Below, in pieces: positions 25,994-37,984 of a stretch of DNA of 64,000 nucleotides; positions within the stretch are counted from its first letter, which is position 1, and each line of letters opens with the position of its first letter. The notes under the pieces are model-generated. The model searched no databases, was not told the DNA's origin, and worked only from the letters and a program-made list of their open reading frames with translations. Location: contig JAYWIR010000009.1 in NCBI GenBank assembly GCA_036172245.1, positions 1,860,001 to 1,924,000 on the forward strand, given 5' to 3'. A program made the position numbers and the translations under genes. The DNA is from Raillietiella orientalis. Lineage: Eukaryota.

Positions 25994-28900
25994 ATGAAGG
26001 CGGACGTGGACGGTCGGCTCACCGGCAAGCGACGCCCGTGGCGCAAGTGCCGGGTCAGGCCCAACCACATCTGGTCCATTTGGTACTGCGTCCTGGCGGT
26101 CACGGCCCAGGTGTACCTCGTCCACGCTGGCATCGACCGATTCGTGGCGCTGACGCACATGCCATGGACCTCAGGTAAGGGGAGAAGGGGAAACCTTCCC
26201 TCCGCAGCGGCTCCTCCCGGGACCCAGCGGGTCGTTCTGCCACCTCCTCCCTCCCTCTTCCCGCGGGTCTCCAGGCAGTCAGTCCTCCCTCCAACGCATT
26301 CCAGGGAACCAGCCATACGTGGAGCTCAACGTGACCGTGGGTCTGATCGGACTGTCCATCATCGCCCTTCCCTGCTTCGTGGTCAGCTCTCTGTGTCAGG
26401 TAGGAGCACCGCCCTTCCGGCTCGGCGGGGGCCCAACCGTATGCGTGCAGATAGGGAATCTGGCCAACGACGGGCGCAAGCTGGGGAAGGGGCTGGAAGC
26501 GTGCTCGTCCCAGCCGGGGCGAGTGGGCCTGCGACTGTACCACCAGGCGGGCCTGAGGGCCCTCTGGCAGCATGGACCTCCCACCGCTGCCTTCCTGCAC
26601 CTCTTCTCGTCTTTCTGCCTGCTGCTGCCCCGCCTCCTGCTGCAGGCGCGCATGATCGAGCAGGGTCTCCTTGACAGAGGTGGGTCACGCCCCCCTTGCC
26701 CCCCTTCCCCCGTGCGAGCGAGTGAGCAGCGACCCCTTGACTTCGCTACTGCGGGGCTCTTCCGCCTCGGGTCGCGAGGAAAAGGTCCCCGAGAGCAGAG
26801 GGTTGGCGCGCGACCGAGAAAAGGGTCCTTTCCTGAGGTCATCACTCAGCACCGTCGTTGCACGAGGTTTGCATCCCAGAGCTGCACGACCAGGGGATTG
26901 GCCCCTCCCGCCCGAGCCCTTCCTGCGGGGCTCCAGAACTTCCGCGCTGGAGGACCCTGCTTAATTCCGGGAAGCAGCCTCTTTTCCGGGAGACGCCTCC
27001 GACGAGGAGGGGGGTCGCCAGGAAAACTCTGGAGACCCTCCCGAGGGAATGGCGTCACCCCTCCCAGCCTTACTCGTTCCCAGTCAGGTGATGCGCATGG
27101 GTGGCCAGCAGAGGGAGGGAGGATCCCTCTCCTTGCTCGGCCATCGCTCCCGACTCCCGAGGTGGCTGCATCGCCCAGAGACGAAGGCAGCAGCGTTCCG
27201 GCGTCTTTCCCGCTCAGGAAGGCCACCAGTTCCTGCGCAGCATCCCTCTCCATCCCACCCCCTTGCCGAAGGGAGAGCGCATGGATCTCCCGCGCGCGTT
27301 CGCCGTCGCCACGCCGGCCGCAGATGTGTACCCCCTCCTTTCCAGAGTTCCTCTGGCGGACTGAGCTGGACTTGATCCTTCCCCATCGCGACCGCCTCGC
27401 CGTACTGGGCTTCCTCTTCGGCTCCAACTCGACGCTGCTGCCGTCCACGGGCTCCTCCTTCCTCGCGTCAGTGGGCGGCTGGAGGCCGTCGCAGGCCGCG
27501 GAGCTCTGGACCACTCACTGGGGGTCCCTGTCTCCGGAGTTCCTGAACCACGCCTTCGCGCACGCGGTGTACGCGGTGGCTTACCCGGCAGTGTTCTGGC
27601 ACACCAGCCGCGTCTTTGCCCTGATCTTCTCCGTGCAGCTGGTGGCCAACGCAGCCTTCAGCCTCCTCGCCTTCTGCGGCTTCTCCGTGCTCTACAAGGT
27701 GCAGGCGGTCGGCTGCCACGCTCTCCTGGACCGCGGCTGCGCCTTCCTCCTGTCCGCCTCCATGACCACCGTCCTCTTCGTGGTCTCGTGCGCCTTCACA
27801 GTCTTCTCCAGCGCCATCGTGTACTTCTTCGGCTACCAGAGGTTCGCGGCATTCCTCCACAGGGAACGCGCCCGCAGGCACATCTTGCTGGCCGGAGGCC
27901 GCGAAGACGTCGCATGGGCCTACTGGCCCCACGTGACTGCCTTCCTGGTGCTGCTGGCCTGGATCCTGTCCGACGGCCCACTCGTCTACGACTGGGTGGT
28001 CGTGTACCGGGGCAGCCTGGACGCAGCTGCGCTGTCCGCGGCTGTCGGGGCGCTGCTGCACCTCTTCCTCTGGATCCTCGTGTGGTTCGTCTTCACCGCC
28101 AGGAACAGCTGGCGCTTCGAGCTGCTCGTCACCGTGGGGCGCACTCACGTGTGGGATGCCGAGAGCGTGGTGCTCGTCAACCAGGTGGAGATGGCTCACC
28201 GCGCAGGAGGTCGCACGATGCCCCTGCTGGTCGTGGGCGACGGCAAGACGTACACCGTCAACGACCCCACCGCCCGCAGGGCCATACTCAGCCTGGCCGA
28301 CTCGGCCGCCGCGGCTGGCGCCCCACCCCGTAGGCAGGAAGAGGATGAGGAAGACGCCGGCGGCGCCGCCGCCCGGTGGGGAGACGGCAGGAGGGTCCGC
28401 CTGGAGAACGTGAGGCTGGGCAGTCGCTGGCTGATGGACGCTTCCTCCGGAGGCAGCGGCGGCGGCGGCGGCGGCGGTCGAGTGACCTTCCGAGAGCACC
28501 CCAAGTAAAAAAAAAAAAAAACGCCGTCCGCGGACGCTTCCAGCTCTCCCTCTCTCCGCTCTTCCAGGACGTGGAGCGTCCGGGCCTACCCGAGGAGGGG
28601 CGACTCGGCCAGCTGCTCTCCGGACGCACAGCAGGATGAGGATGAGGATGATGATGATGAGGAGGAGGAGCAACAGCAGCAGCAGCAGTTCGGGGAGTAC
28701 GCCCTCCTGCGGCGTCTCAAGGAAAGCCCCTTCCACGGCGCCCAACGGTCGGAGATGCAGCAGGTGAGCCCACCAACCCGGCCCGATGTGGCTGCACTCC
28801 TTACCCCTTGCTCCCCAGCTCCTGCCCGACGGAGAGATCCTATCTCCCCGCGAGGAAGTCCTAGTACCCATCTCCAGGAACTGCTGCGCGGGTCCCTCCC

Positions 28901-29532
28901 CCTTGTACGAGTGCTTTGCTGCCCAGCAGTACGACCCGACGGGCTTGTCGCCCCCGGACAAGACGAGCACCGATGGGAGCGAGACGTCCCGCCAGGGCAG
29001 CGACAGCTCCAGCGGCGTCTTCTCGCAGCAGAGCTCGGAGTGCTCCGGGTGCCCCCCACGAAGGGCGACCAGCATCGAGCGGCTTACCGACCCTCCGCGG
29101 GCGTGGAAGAACCTGTCGCTGCCGCGGGGGGCGCCTCCGGAGACGGTGGTCATTCGCAGGGGCCCGGATCTCCCCCTGCCCGCCCGCGAGGAGGACCCCT
29201 ACGGAAGACGCACCAACCTGCGGATGACCTCCTTCCTCGACCAGACGCGCTTCCCGCCCCCTCCCGCACCCCGGGAGTGTCCCCAGAGAGACGCGCGGGA
29301 CGATGTGCCCGTCCCCATGCCCACGATCCACACTGCGTACCCCACCCCCGCCGCATTCGCCATGAGCTGCGGCAGGACCGACGGCTACCGCCAGCAGCGC
29401 AGTCGCCATGACGTCTGGGGGGGCGGAGGCGCGTGCAATACTATCAACGTGGCCTGGAAGGCCTCGTGTCCCCAGCCACTCCTGCGCAGCCACTTCAGCA
29501 CGCTGCCGTGCGCCGCGGTGGCTCACGAGTGA
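25994..29532 (+). CDS. tinc: Tincar-family multi-pass transmembrane protein (about 857 aa); exons 25994-26174, 26305-26399, 26451-26679, 27346-28504, 28568-28763, 28819-29532
   Basis: GT-AG introns join one frame carrying tincar-like motifs: IWSIWY, ELN, IGNLANDGRKLG, LWQHGPPTAAFLHL, LWRTELD..HRDR, SPEFLN, AVAYPAVFW, multiple hydrophobic helices, PLLVVGDGKTYTV, GEYALLR, SSSGVFS, RRATS, TVVIRR, GRRTNLRMTSF. The last exon could hide a further intron. Confidence 0.88.
26850..27250 (-). mobile_element. LINE 3'-region relic inside tincar intron 3
   Basis: Minus strand PDWERVRLGGVTPFPREGLQSFPGDPPPRRRRL resembles the W..IW...V.P..RDFLWR..HG.LP.R.RL segment that precedes the L1/Tx1 zinc knuckle. Confidence 0.4.
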
Positions 29533-32499
29533 ACGACCGCCGACCCCCGGGGGGACAGGCGCGACGAGGACGGTCCGCGGCGACGAGGAAGATGTGGGCT
29601 GTGGCGGCGGAAGAGACCAGCCAGCTTCCGCCCTCGAGAGCACTGCGGGCACTCCTGGGCGTCATTCCCGCCAGCTGTGCGCCTCCTCGCCATAAAGCTG
29701 TGTTTCAGGAATCGGGCAGGCGTTGTAGGGGACTTTGGGGGTTGGGGGGGATCCAGACCGCCCCCAAAACCTACTTCGCCACACTCCCTCTCTGGTCCGC
29801 GAGGCGTCCCGGCGACGGCCTCTTTCGACCTCTCGGTAGCGCTGGGAATCCTGCCCTTCTTCCCGGAGCCAAGAGCGTTTGCGTCTTTGTTTCGTCGGTG
29901 GCCCAGCCTCAGGATCTGGGCCGGACCTGCCGGACTCCGTACTCGGAAGGGAGAGCGTGGATAGGTTTTCCTCTTTTCCTGCAGTGCATGGCGGGAATGC
30001 CGTTTTTTGCAGGGAAGCAAGCGCGTGGGGGGAAGGGAGCGACGGCACCCCGAGTTGCATTGACGTCACCTGCTCGAGAAGCCAGCGCGCTCATCCACCG
30101 CATGGGCCTTCGTCGCCGTTGGCGACACGATCGAATCGGCGAGTGGGTCCTAGAAGTGGTGAGAGCTCCCTTGCCCCCCCCCCCTTAAGCTTTGCCCCCT
30201 CCCCCCTCCGCTCCCCTCCAGTGCAAGTGAACGGGAGGTGCGGCTGCTCGCATGCGCCCATGGCAACCTTCATCCCACGTTTTTGCCGCCGCCTCTGAGA
30301 GTGTTGCAGTATCGGTCGTTCCCGGACGCGAGACGACGCTGCCCGTTCGCAAGCTGGGAACTCCGGGTCCCTGGCCGTGCGGGGAGCGAGGAGTAGCAAC
30401 AGGAGGAATTCTGGCAGCTTTGGCGCCGAGGGCGTGATGAGCAACGTCGGCGTGCCCGCGACGGACGTGCCGCCCCCTTTTGGAAGCAGGCAAGACGACG
30501 GCGGGTCTTGTGCCTGCCCCTCCCTTCCCCTGCACGGGACCGGCTGTTCCACGGCGGCTTCCTTTCGGGCCTCCTTCTGCGTGCTGACCTGGGTCTCGGC
30601 ACGTCTTCACGACGTCGGTTCGGCCTACCAGCAGGTCCGCAACTCTTCCAGTGGTCTCTCCGCTTCGAATGCCTGCTTTTGTTTCCAGAACGGGTTCGGG
30701 ACCGTATGCCTGCTGTGTGGCCAAGTTGAGGGGCGTGAACGTTGCGTCGGCGGTCGGCGTGTCTGGGGCTGCCACCCGGGCGACGGCGCACTCCCACCTC
30801 GGCTGGCACTGTGACCGGCGGAGTTGGTTCCGGCAGTGGTTTGCTTCCGAGGCTCTTGACCTTCACTGCCACGTTGTGCCAGCTTGCCAGCATGACGGCC
30901 CGCCTCCTCCTCGTCTCCGAGGAAACGTGAAAACCGCTGAGGAGCTCTCAGGGAACTCTCGGAGATCGCATCGGCCGAATCCTTTCCCATCGCGCACCCT
31001 CCGAATCATCTTGTCAAAAGCTCGACGTGCCTGAAAGAAACCTGGCTGTTGCCGGTGGTTGCCCACTCACCCACTCGGCTTCCTTTGGACCGAGGGAGAT
31101 CAGGACCTCCGAGGTGGCGTACGCTTTTGCACGTACAGTGCCGATAATAATGAAGGCAGCGTACAGTGAACAGTGCAAATTCGAGCCGGGCTCGGACGAA
31201 GTACTTGTGAAATACGAATAGGTAGTAGGTCGAGCGCCAGGTAGCATCCACGCAGAAGACGCCGGAAAGCTTGCGCTGTTGAAGGTAAGGAGGCATCGTG
31301 CTAGGCGGAAGTCGTGGCGCCGTTCTTGCGGGCTTTATTTACGTCTCCCCAGTCAGCCACAGCGTTACGAAGGATAAAAAGCAAAGGAAGGACCGTAGGG
31401 GGGGGGGGGGGGAGAGAGCCCCTTTCCCAGTTTGCGCGGGCGGGCTTGGATTTCTGCATGCCACGAAAGAAAACCTCGAGCGAACTTCGCGGGCTTTGTA
31501 GCCTCCATTTGGCTCTTAGACTCACCAGGCGGATTAGGTTACTAGTTCCAATTGCATGTGCTTCCCGCGTTTTCCGATCTTCTCGGCGGTTTCTGCTTTT
31601 CGGGACCAAAGGTCCGCTTGCATTCCAAATTAGGGGACGACGGCGCTGGGTGCATTTCTGCCGGCGCCCCTTATCAATCATGTGGACCAGCGAGATGCCT
31701 CGAGTTCCACTTTTGGCTGTGAAGGGATAGAGAGGTGACCGAGCGAGGAAGACGCGTTGCAGCGCGATGCTGGAGATACTTGATCGGCTTTTCCGGGGGT
31801 GGGGAGGTTCCCTGCGAGGATCCGCTCCTGTTGCGATTTCGAGGGGTGACCGCTGCACACTGCAGTGTGGCTGGACGTTCTTCGGAATGCCTCGGGAATC
31901 CACCTCGTCGCAAGCATCCAGGAAGCTCAGCTTTTTCGGGAGAACTTACCGGAACTCGCGGGCTTCTGGTGCCGCGTTCGTATCGGCCTGCCTTCGCTCG
32001 ACGCGCCTGCGGGAACGCGCACGCTTCGCAGCCGCGTGCTGCCGGGAAGCCGTCGGTCGTCCTCCCCAGCGCGCTCTTCCGCCGATGCGGGAGATGCGCG
32101 CAGTTCCCAGAATTCGAATTCGCTTTCACATTCCGCAACTTAGGCGTGATGGGTCGTTTTCGATTCGGCGTTCCATGCCCAGTTTGCGCTCCCATCGAGA
32201 ATGGGTCATGAGATGCATATCATTTCGTGCTTGCCGATCCTGGCGCCTTCGTTCCCAATAGATTTTGCAGGTCACCCTCGGACCAGGCAATTTCTCGCGA
32301 CGGAGAGAAAAAGAATGGTACTGAACACGAGCCATTCCAGCACTCCTGCCGCAGCGAAGGATTTTAACCTACAGTTTTGTGTTTCGCGACGCCGAATCGT
32401 CCCGCCCTTTCGTGGAAGGAAGGTCAAGAAACGCCCACCCACTTCCGTGTCTTTTCAGGGTTCTGGAGTCTTCAAGTGCCTCTCAGCATGGCGAGAAAC

Positions 32500-35300
32500 A
32501 CTTGAGGACTCGAAAGCTTATCGCTCCGTGACAATTCTGCCGGGATCTGAATGCCTCTATCTGTTCGGAAGAGAGCTGGTCACAGCGCTCCAGCTCAAAC
32601 TTGAAAATCAGATGACCGATTGGTGGCTATCAGAAGCCGGAATTCACTTCCCTCATGATGAGTGCCGGAAACTCGAAGCCAAGCCATTCCCAAGAGATCC
32701 CGTTTTAACGGGATACGCAGCCTTTTGCTGTTTGTCGCTCCACTTCCTTTTTATGCGTCCCCGTAGGGATGGATTCGCTTGCAGCAGCCATCAAAGACGC
32801 AAAACTCGTTGTCTCGCGATGTCCCAGATTCCTGCGCTTCGTGCAGAAAGGGAACATTTCTTGTCCTTTCCCCCAACTTCGTGAAAGCTCATGGCCTCGT
32901 GGGCGTTTATCACCTGTTGCGAACTGTTGTTTTTCGAACGGAAGAAAAAGGAAATGTGCAAATTATCAATCCCGGAAGGAGCGAAAACTTCGTCTGCTTT
33001 GAGGGGGATACGCGAACAGTCTCATTTCAGACGCTAAGATGAGGCACGATGGTCACGGAAAACAGTTCATCACGAATGTAATCCAACCGGAGTTGGGCAG
33101 CTACCCTTTCCCCACTTCATTTCCTCGAACGTTTGAACTCTTTCAGTAACCAAAGATCGCCAAAAAGAATCGGAATTGTGATCCCTCTTACAGATAAGGA
33201 AAGAAAGCCGCCATCTCAGAGACTGAATAAATCGCAGCACCAAGTACAAACGGGTTGTAGCCTCCGGGAGGGATTCTTCGGCAGCTCAACGGTTCTCCAT
33301 GGTACAAATCATGCAGTCACTCTTGAGACCTCTGTTCTCATGGAAGTAAATTTTGACATGCATGCCAGCGGACTTTCCCGGGTCCACCGATGCAGAAACA
33401 CGAGCAAGGTGGTGACTTCACAGCAAAAATTTGAGGTGACGGGGATGTCCCAATGTCGCACCACGAGGTCGTCGTCTTCCGGCTCTACAAGACTTCGTTC
33501 GTTTCCGTACTAAGGCTGGCGCGGAAGACCTACACGAGTCGTTCTCGATAGGAATTCGATTGCACACGGTCAGTGTTGAGATGGTGCAGGGCAACGTTCT
33601 CCCGCAGCGAGAACGTTCTCGTTTTCTGGAGTGAGAGGACGAGAGAAGACGGTTTTCCTTAATAATAATAATAATAAAAGAATTCCAGCGTTTTCAGACT
33701 TCGAGCATTAGGGAAAGGCCTTACGGGGAAAGCAAAATGCTTCATGCAACCGGCAAGGCTCGAACCTTCTAAAGATAAGGCGGTTTCTAGGAAGTTGTTG
33801 GTCCCGTTGAAGAGTAGGCTTCTTGCCCCACCAGTTTCCTAGCCTTCTGCAGCCTCATGCGGACCAAGGGAAACCTCGCGAGTTTCGTGATTTCCCCGTG
33901 GAGAAGGAAGAAAGTAGAGATAGAGGTCGCCAACGCTTCTGAAGGAAGAAGTTTTTCCTGCTGCATTCCTCTCAGTGAGGTGTGGCAGGAGATGAGGCTC
34001 TTGTTGACAATGGAAACCTCCACCGGGAGCTGCTGTATGGGTGATTTCAACGAGCCCAAACTTGTGAAACAGAGATGAAATCGTCTGGATCCTTTACATT
34101 TTATGGGTTGCAAGCGATCAAATTTCATGGGGTGTAGGGTTTTAAAGGCTTCCTGGTCCTTGCAAGGAAACTTTTACGGGGAAGCTGAAGTATTCCATGG
34201 TTTGGCATCCACAGATTTCGTCAAATTGAATGCAACTCGGGGTGACGAGGCTTTCATAACCCCACTTGAAACGACCCTCAGGATTCGCTGCTCGGAGGCT
34301 CTTCAAGCGTGGCTTTAAGTTAGCCTCAGCTCCTTTAAGCGGGGGGCATCAGTGACTTGTGACATAATTCGTGACAACTCCTAACCGAATTTTGCATCTG
34401 AGGACCCACGGTAAACATTTTGTAACCGAGGAAGTATCAACATACAAGCGTGCAGCTTAACGGCCACAGAGATGAATTGCCAGGAAACCTTGAAACCATT
34501 CTGGAGAGCATTCTGAAACAAGCCCTTTTCTTGTGGGCTTCCGAATCACTCAGTGCTGTTCGCTTGTGGCTACCCTTGCGGCAGTTCGTCGCAGCCGAAA
34601 TCGAGAACCACCCGCCCTTCTCAGAAACAGACACGATGGGAGTCAGTTTCCAGAGCTCTGAACAGCCTCTCGGGACACGCCTCGAGACGGTGGAGCCTCA
34701 AAATGATCTGTCCCTTGCCATCGGAGAGCGAACCGATGGAGCTTCCATGGCCATGAGCGAACTTCAGGAAGGGGAGCGCTAAACGGGGAGGTTAGATCTT
34801 CAAGATGAAGGCCTTTCCCGTTCCCTACAAATTGGCAGAAATGAAATACCTGCACACGTTTCGGTACACTTGTTCTGAATGGCTCACGACAGATTGGAAA
34901 AAAAAAAAAGAGGAAATTCGCTGGATTTTCCTGCAACCCTCGTTCAAGAACGCCGACAGAGCGTTTTGCTTCAGCTCTCGCCGCCCGCTTGCCGCGTAAC
35001 TTGGGAGGAGCAGTTGGACGCTCTCAGCGAAATGATGCTGGCATCCTCCAGCTCTCTGGGAATGGCGAAAATATCAGCAGTATGAATCACTTGCTTACGA
35101 CGAGACGTACGTCCCGTTCCCGTTGGGCTTACTGAGCCCTAGGTCGCCATGCCGCCGTGAATTTGTTCACGGCGACATGGCGACACGGTGGGTTCAGTAT
35201 CTTCCCGGAGATCTTGAATTCATTATCTTTCCGAAGTCTATCCCTTGGCCACAATCAAGCTATCGTGCTATAAGCTCGGTGGCTGGAAAGCTGTCCCCAT
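32500..35300 (-). mobile_element. Degenerate R2/NeSL/R4-like non-LTR element
   Basis: Ordered weak motifs on the minus strand: NSRSPGR (~KSPGPD), IP/ESW, EDLTSPFSAPLPE (~DLTNAFGSVPH), SPEWF, VKTGSLG (RLE tail). Confidence 0.4.
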
Positions 35301-37984
35301 CTCACTAAAGAGGGGAAACGGTTTAGCGATCATCAAGGTCGCTACACTGTTTGCCCAGAATAATTGGACTGCAGTTCTCTGACCTGATCTTCTTCGATTG
35401 TGTTGCACTAGCTTTTTTGAGGGTCGACGTATCGACGCACCTTTCTTTCCAGCCCTTTGCCCACAAAAACCTCGTTCGAGCATCCTTTCTTTCATAAGCC
35501 ACAAGCCTTTGAGAGTTATGGTTGCGGGAAGTTTTGGAGATACCGCAGTAGGACCCACGCACTCTTCAGGTGCTCCTCTCGCTTGTATTCATCAGGCGAT
35601 CCAATAAAGGCATCACCTCACACTTGAATGCAGAGATTCTGGACGATTTAAAAATAGGGAGTTCGAGTGCCAGATTTTAGGGAGCCTGGAGTTTATGCAT
35701 GACCGTCTGACCTCGTGAGCGTGCAAGAGTGCAAAGGAAATTGCTCGGAGGGAAATGTCCATTCCGTCTCAATCCCAGTGATCAGCAAGCGGAATCATCA
35801 CTCGCTTCGTGCACCCCATCATTAGTTGTTCGATGAGATAGAGACAGTGATGGAAGACACTTAATTTGACCATGCGGGTAGCCAGTGGGGGACGCAAGGC
35901 CTGCAAACTGGCTCCGGGCTTCAATGGCGTCCTCGCGCACGTACCCACAATGCTAAGCATTCGCAAACGAACGCGTGCAGACTCTGCAGACAGCCGAGGT
36001 CTCTCGAAACCAGCCAGTCACGATGAAACACTTGTGTGTCGATTTTCTACACAGCGGAAGCCCTCACCTGTGTTCGTTGGAGTCGCTCGATATTCATAAA
36101 TCTGCCAGCACAGGTCGTTGCTTTCGTAGGAACGCTAAGAATAAATCAAAGGGGTTTGAACGTCAGCAGCCAAAGGAAGGTCCGAAGGAAGGTCCAGGGT
36201 GAGTCTTCCTGAAGGCTCCTCATACAAAGAAAACCTCGCAGTTTCAGGAGAAAGTGACCTCGTCTCCCATTTCATAACCGCTCAAGAGGGGACCCCACTA
36301 TCGACTTCGATTCTGAACCGGTGCTGTCTGTTCTTGTCTTTGTGTGTAAACAAAAGCACTTTCATTCACGATCTACAGCGCCCCCACCTTGTCTGCGCAC
36401 TCAGTTGCAAAGGGAAGGACCACTTGAAATAAGAGTTACTCGAAGGGAAGAGCAAAAAGTCGGAACTGCCGTAAAAGTTGCCGAGGCAGGTCTTGCAAAC
36501 TGGGAAGAATTTCTGCAAGAGCTCAACCGGAACGCAATTTGTATGCACTTGCAACGCAGCCTCAGATCGAAAAAAATTCTGAGCAGACAAAATGCATCCC
36601 CCCCACCCCCCCGTTTCACGGTATCTTTGTCGACAGGACCAAATGCAGTTGGCTGAAGGAATAAAGAGGAAGCTGTTTGGGAACAGAATTCATATCCAAA
36701 GAAGCGTGTTGGATGGAAAGTGGCGCAGCGCTGTCGCCCACTGAGATGACGCAGCAAATTCCACGACCGGTGCACCGGGCATAAGTGCTTACGGCAAAGG
36801 ATTAAGAAACTTTTCGTGACCACTTCAAGCTCCTGGAGTCCGCAGAATTCCTCCTTGCAGCACAATTCTAAACTCTGTCGGTTCGATTTTCACAAAAAAA
36901 AAAAAGGTTGGCTGTGGGTCTTTCCGAGTCACGACTTTAGACTTTAGCTAAAAGCTGAGGAAATCTGATCATTTCATATTCAAAAGTGGCACTTCCTTTT
37001 GCAACAGGAATCTTTGATGCTCAAATGGAGACCACTTGCGAAAAAGATTACGGATTATTCCCGAAGCATCCGTCTGACCGATGAAACCTTCAGCCCTGCT
37101 AGTGGGAAAACAAACTTCTTCCTTATCGTTTATTGGCCTGGATGTTTCAACGAGGTGTTGGAAAGAAGACTGTATCGACCTTTGGGCAACCCACCGTCAT
37201 TGGTCACTGTGATGACGTGGTGCTGATCTTAAAAAACGCCATGCAGCTCAGCAGAAAGTTCTGCTGCTGCATGTCGAGTGGGCGGCAATAGCAATCATCA
37301 CCCCGTGCTCCAAAATCACATCTATCCACGAGCTCTTCTTGGGAACTCCCTAACCATAAAACTATCTTCGGTGTTAGTGTAGCTGAGAATGGATTTCACG
37401 GTCTACACTCTGCTTAGAAAGGAGTCGTGAGAAACACTGCACACGTTTCGGTACACTTGGGCATACGCCTCAGTATTCACTTGAGTGTCCAGAGAACTCA
37501 AGAATCGAGAGATGAGAGATCAAGCAAAGGTGTCTTGAATGAAATTAGAAGCGGAACGAACACTGAGGAAGCCTTTGGACGATGCACGTGAAGCTAATCC
37601 GCGAAAATAAGACGAACGCCAGCAAGAGAGATCCCTGCAGCAGTAAACCTCATTAACTAGACCGAATTTTCATAATTTATATAAGCTAATCATGATCGTT
37701 ATTTCGCCTCCTGTTGGAAAGAACGCAAAATCATCCTGTCATTCGACAATCATCAGACAAACATTCGTCGGAAATTTCTAGTTATGGACCAGTCGGAAAA
37801 CAGGAAACGCAGTCACGAGGCTTTAATGGAATTTTTTAATTGCCTCGGAAACAAATTGGAATTATTAGCTTTCACACAGGATCTGTGCACGGAACCAACC
37901 CATTTCAGCAAACTGATGTACCTGCACATCTTCCAGCCAATGGAATTAAAGTGAGCATCAGCAGCATTTTTCATAAAATCCTAA

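Noticed and set aside
27468..29153. 561-aa minus-strand ORF
   Set aside because: Antisense shadow of the GC-rich tincar exons.
32594..32617. Spliced-leader-like CAAGTTTGAG on the minus strand
   Set aside because: Not followed by a GT donor or Sm site; short chance match.
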